NCBI GenBank assembly: GCA_963808235.1
Contig: CAWEEQ010000004.1
Location: 64,001 to 128,000 of the forward strand
Origin: an uncultured delta proteobacterium
GTDB taxonomy: Bacteria > Desulfobacterota > Binatia > Binatales > Binataceae
Reading direction: 5' to 3'
DNA length: 64,000 nucleotides
This document shows positions 28,750-36,366 of this stretch, in pieces (position 1 is the stretch's first letter; the number at the start of each line of letters is the position of its first letter). The notes beneath the pieces were generated by a model that had not been told where the DNA came from, did not search any database, and saw only the letters and a list, made by a program, of their open reading frames with translations. Made by a program: the position numbers and the translations under genes.

Positions 28750-29553
28750 ATGACTGTTCTTAATTATTCTGTTGTGCGATACGTTCCCGATCCAAATCGG
28801 GAAGAGTTCATCAATATAGGTCTCATACTGGCCGGTGAGGACGGCAGTTTTGCCAAGTGCAAATTCACCGAAGATTGGAGACGGGCACGGTGGTTTGGAT
28901 CGGAAAATCTCTCGTTCCTGAGAGATGTTCGGAAAGAACTCGAAATCTTTGGCACTAGCCAAGCTGAATTCTTTGAGAGGGAATCGCTCGCTCATCATTT
29001 GAACGAGCTAGCTAAGAACTGGCAGAACTCAATTCAGTTTTCTCAGCCGCGCGCGTCGATTAACCCAAATCCACTCGCGTTGTTTGATAGGCTCTTCGAG
29101 CAATACGTGCAGAGAACCGAAGTGCGTCGAAAACACCGGTTGGGCAAACGAGTCGCGTTGTCCAATGTATACGAAGACTTGAGTGAATCTCTCTTTGAGA
29201 AATTTCCCAAGCCGCCTGATATTCTCCGCCGACAAACATTGAGCGGAGACGTTGCAGAACATCAGTTCGATTTAATGGTACAAAACGGCTCTCCACAACT
29301 GTGTATTGATGCGCTAGCTCCCCATGAAGACGACGTGTTCGAGCTAGATCAGAACGCGAGGGCTATTGCCTTCGATATCGAAGACACGAAGAAGAAGCAT
29401 CGACACCTTGTGCTTTGCGTCGTCGTCGCGGGAGCTTCCAATAAGCAATACAACGAAGCCAAACGGATATACGGAAAGTTGGGCGCCGATGTGACCAAAG
29501 ACGATTCGTTTCGCCACTGGGCCAAGGACGCCGTCAAAGAACTCTCGAAATAG
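28750..29553 (+). CDS. DUF3037 domain protein with possible nuclease-like C-terminus
   Basis: YSVVRYVPDPNREEFINIGLIL signature; IQFSQPR; HQFDLMVQNG. Confidence 0.82.
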   Translation: MTVLNYSVVRYVPDPNREEFINIGLILAGEDGSFAKCKFTEDWRRARWFGSENLSFLRDVRKELEIFGTSQAEFFERESLAHHLNELAKNWQNSIQFSQPRASINPNPLALFDRLFEQYVQRTEVRRKHRLGKRVALSNVYEDLSESLFEKFPKPPDILRRQTLSGDVAEHQFDLMVQNGSPQLCIDALAPHEDDVFELDQNARAIAFDIEDTKKKHRHLVLCVVVAGASNKQYNEAKRIYGKLGADVTKDDSFRHWAKDAVKELSK

Positions 29554-29631
29554 ATTCCCCACCAAATTCGACCTGTCACGTCCGCTCCAGAATGCGCGCC
29601 TCGGGCCGAGGTGTCGACATTCTAGTAATCT

Positions 29632-29768
29632 CCATCGTCTGAGGGTTGGGTTCCACTCGCGGCGGCGCTCGCGCCCATCGTTTAAATCTTGCAGCTTGGT
29701 ACGCCGAAAATTTTACCCGGATCTTGGAAGGATCGTCGCGCCGGTTCAGGACTGATAGTTTCGCTTAT
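29632..29768 (+). repeat. Diverged copy of about 30970-31115
   Basis: Shared ACGCCGAAAATTTTACsCGGAT (21/22) and TGATAGTTTC blocks, collinear flanks. Confidence 0.75.
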
Positions 29769-29880
29769 TCCGCGGCGGTGCTCAAATCCCGCAGTTAAAC
29801 AGTCGCGCCTCCTGACCGCCGAGGTAATACTCGGAAGCCCGGAATGCGCGCCGCACCAGGCAATCGCGGCGCGCAGATGT

Positions 29881-30208
29881 CCCTCACCCTGACTCTCTCC
29901 CGACGAACGGGCGAGGGAAATCAGAAAGAGCATCGCTTCGTCCTTCGGGAATACTCAGGGCAGGCTCCGAGCATTTTACTTCGGTCGGGATGACGGAGGG
30001 GGAGCAGCGGGACGACTGAAAGAGAATCGCTCCGCCCCATGGGAATACTCGGGGCAGGTTCTTCGGGAATACTCAGGGCAGGGTTATCGAAAAAGAAATC
30101 GCTTCGCCCTTCGGGAATACTCAGGGCAGGCTCCGAGCACTTTGTTTCGGTCGGGACGACGGAGGGGACGATCCGGGAAAAAGGCATCGCTTCGCTCTTC
30201 GAGAATAG
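29881..30208. repeat. REP-like tandem repeat cluster
   Basis: GGGAATACTCRGGGCAGG at 29947, 30041, 30065, 30113 in longer ATCGCTTCG-containing units; CCCTCACCCTGACTCTCTCCC. Confidence 0.8.
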
Positions 30209-30223
30209 CGAAACTGGTCGAGA

Positions 30224-30703
30224 TCAATGTTTCATCACTTGCTCGACGATACGCATCATCTCCGCATACCTGTTCACAGCTGATGGCTGATGGACTACCT
30301 CGAACTTCAGTCCATCCGGTCCGAGAAAGTACACCGCATACCAGCCTTCCGGATCGTACGGGAACTCGCCGGGACCATCGAGGACCTTTGCACCGAGGCG
30401 CTTGGCCAGATCGCATGCCTGATCAACCTGCTCGCGCGTGTCGGTGTAGAAGGCGATGTGATGCAGCCCTACCTCGTAAACCTCGAATGGATGCTTGGCA
30501 AACTCAGGCTTTGCTTCCCAGAGATTCAACACCGCGCCGTTTCCATGGTTGACCGCTATCCTAACGCGCTGCCCATTCGGATTCCGGATCTCATCCCAAA
30601 TCTCATAGCCGAGGAACTCCAAGAACGGCTTGAAGAACTCCATAGCGTCAGTGAGATCGCTGACCGTGATACCAACGTGGCACATTGCTCCAAGCAGCGG
30701 CAT
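30224..30703 (-). CDS. VOC/glyoxalase family protein
   Basis: HVGITVSDL, GLHHIAF, YAVYFLGPDGLKFEVV. Confidence 0.9.
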   Translation of the reverse strand: MPLLGAMCHVGITVSDLTDAMEFFKPFLEFLGYEIWDEIRNPNGQRVRIAVNHGNGAVLNLWEAKPEFAKHPFEVYEVGLHHIAFYTDTREQVDQACDLAKRLGAKVLDGPGEFPYDPEGWYAVYFLGPDGLKFEVVHQPSAVNRYAEMMRIVEQVMKH

Positions 30704-30827
30704 AACTGAGCGTTGCCTCCGAGGATCAGTTCTTACCACGTCATACTGCGGCGAGATCAAGTCCCCGGCCTCCGCCACAGGGCGGCGAGGGGGGATCCCC
30801 TCGCGATCCCCCTGCTCAGAGCCCGCC

Positions 30828-30893
30828 AAGGTGGGTCAGTTTTACTTCGGCGACCTCGCGAATAGGTGGGTCAACATTCGACCGGCGTTGACA
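30828..30893. mobile_element. Solo IS21-family terminal end
   Basis: Ends ..CGGCGTTGACA with two internal GGTGGGTCA repeats (30830, 30865); no transposase in window. Confidence 0.7.
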
Positions 30894-31122
30894 GGAATCG
30901 CTGCCACGTGCCGTTCGCGGCACAGAACGCGACCGTTACGTTGAGTGGCGCAAGAGGACGGGCCATATGCCAACGCCTGAAGATTGCGCTCCAATCGAGG
31001 CGGCCTCGCGTCGGTCGTTACGTCTTACTGGTTTGAAACGCCGAAAATTTTACGCGGATGATAGAGAGGTCGGCGTGCTGGTTTCACGATTGATAGTTTC
31101 ACTTTTCATGCAATCCGCCGAA

Positions 31123-31138
31123 TGGCAGGGGACTTGCA
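31123..31138 (+). promoter_or_regulatory. sigma-54 promoter
   Basis: TGGCAG-GGGAC-TTGCA. Confidence 0.72.
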
Positions 31139-31203
31139 CATTCATTGAACGGCATCAGGTTCGCCGAAGTCACGAGACGTTCAAAAATTTCGAGAGAAAA
31201 TTT

Positions 31204-31365
31204 ATGAAGTGCCGACATCAGGCCTGCAGCTGCAAAGCAGCGGCGGGTCGCGACTATTGCTCCAATGAATGCGAATCCGACACGCGCGATGAAGGCGCGA
31301 CGGACTGTCATTGCGGTCATGAAGAGTGTCGCGCGTCGAACGAGTCGCATCGCGACAGTACGTAA
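31204..31365 (+). CDS. Bacterial metallothionein-like peptide
   Basis: KCRHQACSC..YCSNEC..CHCGHEEC. Confidence 0.8.
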   Translation: MKCRHQACSCKAAAGRDYCSNECESDTRDEGATDCHCGHEECRASNESHRDST

Positions 31366-31461
31366 AATCCGTCCGCGTCAATAAGAAAATCACGCGGCGT
31401 CGGCTGCACGCTCGTTAAGGAAAAGGAGTCAACAACAATCCGCGAAAGGAGAAGGAGTGCC

Positions 31462-32052
31462 ATGAAAGGAAATGCGAAAGACAAGAACGGTTCGAAGAAA
31501 GCTCATGCGTCCTCCGCATCGAAGCGAACAGGCGAGAAGACCAACTCCCGGCAACCACGCAGTGGCGCCGGGGCGAATGCGATCGATCTCTTGATGAAGG
31601 ATCACGAAACTGTCCAGAACTTATTCGCTCAATTCGAGCGGGCTCGCGAAGATGCTCAGAAGAAGGCGATGCTGTTTGAAAAAATCAAAGACGAACTGCT
31701 GGTTCATACCAGGATCGAAGAGGAGATCTTCTATCCCGCTGTAAAGGAGATTGGTACCGGACAAGCGGTAAACGATATCGAACATTGCCGCGAGGACCAC
31801 GAGGAAGTCGACGAACTCCTCAACCAGTTGCAGTCGCTCAGTCCCGATGATTCCGATTTCGAAGAGAAGATGACGGACCTGATGGAAGCGGTGGCCAAGC
31901 ACATCGAGCTCGAGCAGAACGAAGTTTTCAAAGAGGCGCGCACCGGCTTGGCTGACGACAGGATCGAAGAACTGGGTCGCGAGATGAAAGAGCTCAAACA
32001 ATCCTTGAAGCAGGAAGAAAAGGACTCTCGGGGCGCCGAGGCTAGCGAATAG
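31462..32052 (+). CDS. Hemerythrin-like (HHE) domain protein
   Basis: AIDLLMKDH, HTRIEEEIFYP, EDHEEV, HIELEQNEVF. Confidence 0.9.
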   Translation: MKGNAKDKNGSKKAHASSASKRTGEKTNSRQPRSGAGANAIDLLMKDHETVQNLFAQFERAREDAQKKAMLFEKIKDELLVHTRIEEEIFYPAVKEIGTGQAVNDIEHCREDHEEVDELLNQLQSLSPDDSDFEEKMTDLMEAVAKHIELEQNEVFKEARTGLADDRIEELGREMKELKQSLKQEEKDSRGAEASE

Positions 32053-32080
32053 AAAGGAGTGTCAGGCCTTGCTGCGTTAT

Positions 32081-32114
32081 GAGGAATCCCCCGATTCGGG
32101 GGATTCTCTCTTTT
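32081..32114. terminator. Intrinsic terminator
   Basis: GAATCCCCC-GATTCG-GGGGGATTC followed by TCTCTTTT. Confidence 0.75.
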
Positions 32115-32589
32115 AGAGATCGGCAGAGATTGGTGCGGCGAGGCGGTCCACCTTGGTCATCCACCGCGTCAGTCCATCGCGGACGTATTCAGCGTCGAGG
32201 TCGACGTAGGCGCATAGGGAATCAAAACCAAGCGCGGAGCTCGAGTCGGGCGCGCCCATCCATTCGCGCACCATCGCGCGGGATTCGGGTCTCTGCTGGT
32301 ACAGTCTCAGCAGCATAGACAAAAATGGAATGAACAGATGATGTTCGGCGGATCGATCGAAGAGCACCAGGCCTTCGTCATCGTTGAACCGCACTTCGGG
32401 GCTATCGTAACCGGCATACTGAAGGCCGGAATCGATCCAAGCATTCTCCGCGCTCAAACTGGGGTGACCGTTGGAAGCCGGAAATCGTAACGGCGCGCCG
32501 TATAGTCCGGATTCCCGTTTCTTATAGATAGTTCGCGGGGCCGGGAAGGCGCTCCGCGATTCCGATAATTTCCGGGTTCTTATTTGCAT
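32113..32589 (-). CDS. Hypothetical protein, divergent paralog of 40751-41101
   Basis: AEHHL..EW..FDSLCAYVDLDAEYVRDGL. Confidence 0.65.
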   Translation of the reverse strand: MQIRTRKLSESRSAFPAPRTIYKKRESGLYGAPLRFPASNGHPSLSAENAWIDSGLQYAGYDSPEVRFNDDEGLVLFDRSAEHHLFIPFLSMLLRLYQQRPESRAMVREWMGAPDSSSALGFDSLCAYVDLDAEYVRDGLTRWMTKVDRLAAPISADL

Positions 32590-32644
32590 CGATCAAGTCC
32601 TTGTCCCAAGTATCTCTCTACGCAGGAGGACTGAGTGGGAGTAG

Positions 32645-32660
32645 AGCAACAGCTATGCCA
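32645..32660 (-). promoter_or_regulatory. sigma-54 promoter
   Basis: TGGCAT-AGCTG-TTGCT. Confidence 0.78.
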
Positions 32661-32872
32661 CCCGGGTTTCCTCGTCGTTCGGCGGCCTCACGTATCAAAC
32701 ACAAGGCTTTCGCGCCTTCTACGCCCTACGAATGTCTTTGAAGTGACTAAGTTGGAATGGACCGTGTAAGAAAGGGAGGGTGGTGATCGGTAGTCAGCGA
32801 TGTTGGCATCTAACTTGGATCACTAGTTCAAAGAGTCGCGAATTTCTGGAGGATAGAAATAGCTTCGCGCGA

Positions 32873-34207
32873 ATGGCAAAAGAACCGGTCATCGGCGGCG
32901 CGAAGCAAGTCACGACGCTGAGATCGGCGTCGCCCCATCTCCCCAGACTGACATCGAAACTGTTTCGCGTGCTTGGAAACTTCGGTCCCGGAATCGTGAC
33001 CGGCGCTTCCGACGACGACCCCAGCGGCATCGCGACGTACTCGCAGGTCGGCGCCCAGTTCGGCTTTTCGATGCTCTGGACGATGATTCTTACCTATCCG
33101 CTGATGGCGGCAATTCAGGAAATCAGCGCATGGATCGGGCGAGTGACCGGAGTCGGCATTGCAGGCAACATCCGCCGTCACTACGCGCCGATCGTGCTCT
33201 ACCCGCTAGTCGGGCTCTTGCTGTTGGCCAATGTGATCAATCTTGGCGCCGACATCGGCGCGATGGGTAGTGCGCTGCAATTGTTGGTCGGCGGATCGGC
33301 GCTATTCTATTCGGTCGAGTTCGGAATCATTTCGGTAATCGCGGCGATCTTTGTGCCGTACGGCCGATACGCACAATTGTTGAAGTGGTCGACGCTCGTG
33401 CTGTTTGTGTACGTAGCAACTGCATTAGTGGTCCACGTTCCATGGAAACCTGTGTTGATGGGAACGTTCATTCCTTCGATCTCATTTTCGAATAGCTACT
33501 TGACTGCGCTGACCGCGGTTTTCGGTACTACGATTAGTCCATATTTGTTTTTCTGGCAGGCGTCGCAGGAAGTCCAGGAACAAAAGGCTGCAATCGGCGA
33601 GATGCCACTGAAGCGCGCTCCAGAGCAGGCAGCGGCGCAACTCAATCCAATGCGGGCCGACACATACCTGGGCATGGCATTTTCCAACGTGATCGCTTTC
33701 TTCATCATCCTGGATACGGCGGCGGTGCTGCATACTCACGGAATCACCGACATTCAAACCGGCGCGCAGGCTGCGGAGGCATTGCGGCCGCTGGCCGGCG
33801 AGCTCACGTTTCTGCTTTTCAGTTTGGGCATCGTAGGAACCGGGTTGCTCGCTATTCCGGTTCTGGCCGGCTCCGCGGCGTACGCGATGGCCGAGGCCCT
33901 GAACTGGCCGATCGGGCTCGACCGCAAACTGCATAGGGCCAAAGGTTTCTATGGAATTTTAGGCGGAGCGACACTGCTCGGCGTGGCCATGAATTTCGGC
34001 TCAATCAATCCGATCAAGGCGCTCTTCTGGAGTGCCGTAATCAATGGAGTCGCCGCCGTTCCGATCATGGTGATCATGATGATGATGACCAGCAATCCGA
34101 AGGTGACTGGCGCGGTCAAGCTTCCCAAACCGCAAAAGATAGTTGGATGGATCGCGACCGGGATCATGCTGGTGGTGGCCGCCGGCATGATCGCAAGTCT
34201 GTGCTAG
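32873..34207 (+). CDS. NRAMP-family divalent metal transporter
   Basis: GPGIVTGASDDDPSGIATYSQ, GTTISPYLFFWQ. Confidence 0.92.
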   Translation: MAKEPVIGGAKQVTTLRSASPHLPRLTSKLFRVLGNFGPGIVTGASDDDPSGIATYSQVGAQFGFSMLWTMILTYPLMAAIQEISAWIGRVTGVGIAGNIRRHYAPIVLYPLVGLLLLANVINLGADIGAMGSALQLLVGGSALFYSVEFGIISVIAAIFVPYGRYAQLLKWSTLVLFVYVATALVVHVPWKPVLMGTFIPSISFSNSYLTALTAVFGTTISPYLFFWQASQEVQEQKAAIGEMPLKRAPEQAAAQLNPMRADTYLGMAFSNVIAFFIILDTAAVLHTHGITDIQTGAQAAEALRPLAGELTFLLFSLGIVGTGLLAIPVLAGSAAYAMAEALNWPIGLDRKLHRAKGFYGILGGATLLGVAMNFGSINPIKALFWSAVINGVAAVPIMVIMMMMTSNPKVTGAVKLPKPQKIVGWIATGIMLVVAAGMIASLC

Positions 34208-34389
34208 ATGTCGGCCGACCTTGGCGCAAGCCCGGATTAGTCAGATCTCCTCGCACAGACCGAACCGCCTATGAACTCGGTAAGATCGTGGTCCAACAAT
34301 TGTGAGAAGCCCAAGCGCCACCACTTCAAAGATCTCGATTCTCGTAAGCACGATTGCACTCACGAGTCCGAACCGGAATTGATCGCCTC

Positions 34390-34405
34390 TGGCACTTCGC
34401 TTGCT
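34390..34405 (+). promoter_or_regulatory. sigma-54 promoter
   Basis: TGGCAC-TTCGC-TTGCT, perfect consensus. Confidence 0.85.
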
Positions 34406-34456
34406 TTAGTAGTCGGGCACCGAGACGCATCTCGATATGCCCGAACAGGAGAAATC

Positions 34457-35056
34457 ATGATGATCAGGAAAATAGTGCCAGTCGGGCTTATTGCGGCCGC
34501 GTTCGCGATCCCCGTTTGGGCGCACTCCGCCGATGACGCCGCCTCGCTGCTGAACAAAGCGAACCAGATGAACTACGAGGAGCAGGAGACCGCTAAGGTC
34601 GCGCACTCGAAGGCAGGAGACAATCAAGCGCTGCTGACTTATGCCGACACGATCAGAGGCGACCACGAAGCCAACGAGGAAGCGGTGTCCGCACTCTCCC
34701 GGCAAAAGAGCATCAAGCTCGAAGGGACCAACGCCGACAAGGTGAACAACGATCCGATAAAGAACCTGAGCGGTGGCGCGTTCAACGACGCCTACCTGGA
34801 CGATCAGATCAAAGGTCACAAGGAGGCGCTCGCAATGTTCAAGAGCGCGGAGGGCAGCTATCGATCGGATCCGGACATGGAGCTCTACATTCAGCAGACG
34901 CTCCCGGTACTCCAGGCGCATCTGAAAATGGCGGAGAACCTGCGCCATCACGTCTCGCCGATGAGTGCCGAAGATCCATCCAACAACAAGAGCACGACCA
35001 GCGGGATGGGAGAGAGCTCTGAAAAGACGCCGAACAACGAGACCACATCGCGCTAG
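34457..35056 (+). CDS. DUF4142 domain exported protein
   Basis: Signal peptide; DH..LSGGAFNDAYL..GH..TLPVLQAHLKMA. Confidence 0.88.
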   Translation: MMIRKIVPVGLIAAAFAIPVWAHSADDAASLLNKANQMNYEEQETAKVAHSKAGDNQALLTYADTIRGDHEANEEAVSALSRQKSIKLEGTNADKVNNDPIKNLSGGAFNDAYLDDQIKGHKEALAMFKSAEGSYRSDPDMELYIQQTLPVLQAHLKMAENLRHHVSPMSAEDPSNNKSTTSGMGESSEKTPNNETTSR

Positions 35057-35078
35057 GGCGAGACTACAAAACGACGCG

Positions 35079-35672
35079 GTGCGAGACTCCCTCGCGACGT
35101 GGAGTCTCGGCGCCGCGATTGCCGCGGTATTCATTTTCGGCACGCTCTTGAATCAAAGCGTCGAGTCGGCGATCGAGCCCGCTCTTCAGATTGCGCCTCC
35201 CTTCGAGGGTCTGCGCCTTTCGGATCTTCACGACAGTTTCGACGAGATGCACTTTGGACATCGTCACGAGGCGATTGACATCATGGAGCCTCGCGGCACG
35301 CCGATTCATGCGGTCGACGACGGCACAATTCGGAAGTTGTTTCTGAGCCGCGCTGGCGGCATCACGGTATACGAATTCGATATGGCCGGTTCGTACTGTT
35401 TCTACTACGCGCACCTGGATCATTATGCGGACGATCTGCGTGAAGGAATGCCGGTGGCGCGCGGCCGGGTAATCGGGTTCGTCGGGACAACCGGCGACGC
35501 TCGGCCGGATGCGCCCCAGCTCCACTTCGCGATCTTTCGACTGGGTAACGACGCAGTCTGGTGGAAGGGAACGCCGATCAATCCGTATCCAATTCTCGTG
35601 GATGCGTTAAAGAGAGAATCATCCGCGGATACCGCGAATAGTCATGATAGTAGTAAGGTGAATAGTAACTGA
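35079..35672 (+). CDS. M23 family metallopeptidase
   Basis: HEAID, YYAHL, LHFAI, INPYP; start uncertain. Confidence 0.88.
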   Translation: MRDSLATWSLGAAIAAVFIFGTLLNQSVESAIEPALQIAPPFEGLRLSDLHDSFDEMHFGHRHEAIDIMEPRGTPIHAVDDGTIRKLFLSRAGGITVYEFDMAGSYCFYYAHLDHYADDLREGMPVARGRVIGFVGTTGDARPDAPQLHFAIFRLGNDAVWWKGTPINPYPILVDALKRESSADTANSHDSSKVNSN

Positions 35673-35694
35673 CTAGTCGTTGCGATAGTCAGAA

Positions 35695-36066
35695 TCAGGC
35701 GCAGTGCTTCGCGATAGTAGCGAGGAGACGATCGATGTCCACGGGCTTGCGCAGAACGGTGTCGGCGTCGATTGGTTTTGCCACGCTCGAGGCCGACACG
35801 ACCACGACCGGGATATTGGCTATCCGCGGATCGCTCTTTTGACGACGGCGAAATTCCCACCCATCCATGGTGGGCATCAGAAGATCGAGCACGATCATCT
35901 GTGGAAGAGGCGATCGTCCGAGCATCTCCAGGGCTTCCGCCCCGTTTCGGGCGCTGGAAACCGCATAGCCGTGCAGTCCGAGCAGATCGCTGAGGGCTTC
36001 GAGGGCGTCGGGATCGTCTTCAACTACCAGGATGACAGGCCGCGTGCCCACGGATTCATTTACCAT
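35695..36066 (-). CDS. Single-domain response regulator
   Basis: LVVEDD, LDLLMPTMDG, LRKP. Confidence 0.93.
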   Translation of the reverse strand: MVNESVGTRPVILVVEDDPDALEALSDLLGLHGYAVSSARNGAEALEMLGRSPLPQMIVLDLLMPTMDGWEFRRRQKSDPRIANIPVVVVSASSVAKPIDADTVLRKPVDIDRLLATIAKHCA

Positions 36067-36350
36067 TTCCGAGTCGCCTTCAATATCTCAAACAAAGCTG
36101 GAATCTTTGCCAAGTCTTCGAGGGATCGGTTGGGGTCGGCGCTGGCGGGACTCAACTTGTGGGACCGTTCTCGCAAGTAATGGTAGCTCCAAAAGCCCAG
36201 CCGCTCAACTTCGGGATTCCCGGCGATCGATTGGGCCGCGGCCGAAGTCGAGTCTTCCTCGATTCGATAATCATTCGCGTTCGAATTGTCGAAAACTTGT
36301 ACATCACGCAGAGACTGTTTCCAGGGATTTATACCACCTAAGTCTCGCAT
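36060..36350 (-). CDS. Hypothetical protein
   Basis: Fills gap between ligD and response regulator, 7-bp overlap. Confidence 0.35.
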   Translation of the reverse strand: MRDLGGINPWKQSLRDVQVFDNSNANDYRIEEDSTSAAAQSIAGNPEVERLGFWSYHYLRERSHKLSPASADPNRSLEDLAKIPALFEILKATRKW

Positions 36351-36366
36351 AGCGTACGCGCGGACG

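Noticed and set aside
29924-30208. CRISPR array
   Set aside because: Irregular period, inter-repeat segments resemble each other, no cas genes in window
32804-32819. sigma-54 promoter for NRAMP (TGGCAT-CTAAC-TTGGA)
   Set aside because: -12 GC replaced by GG; not counted, though possibly a weak variant
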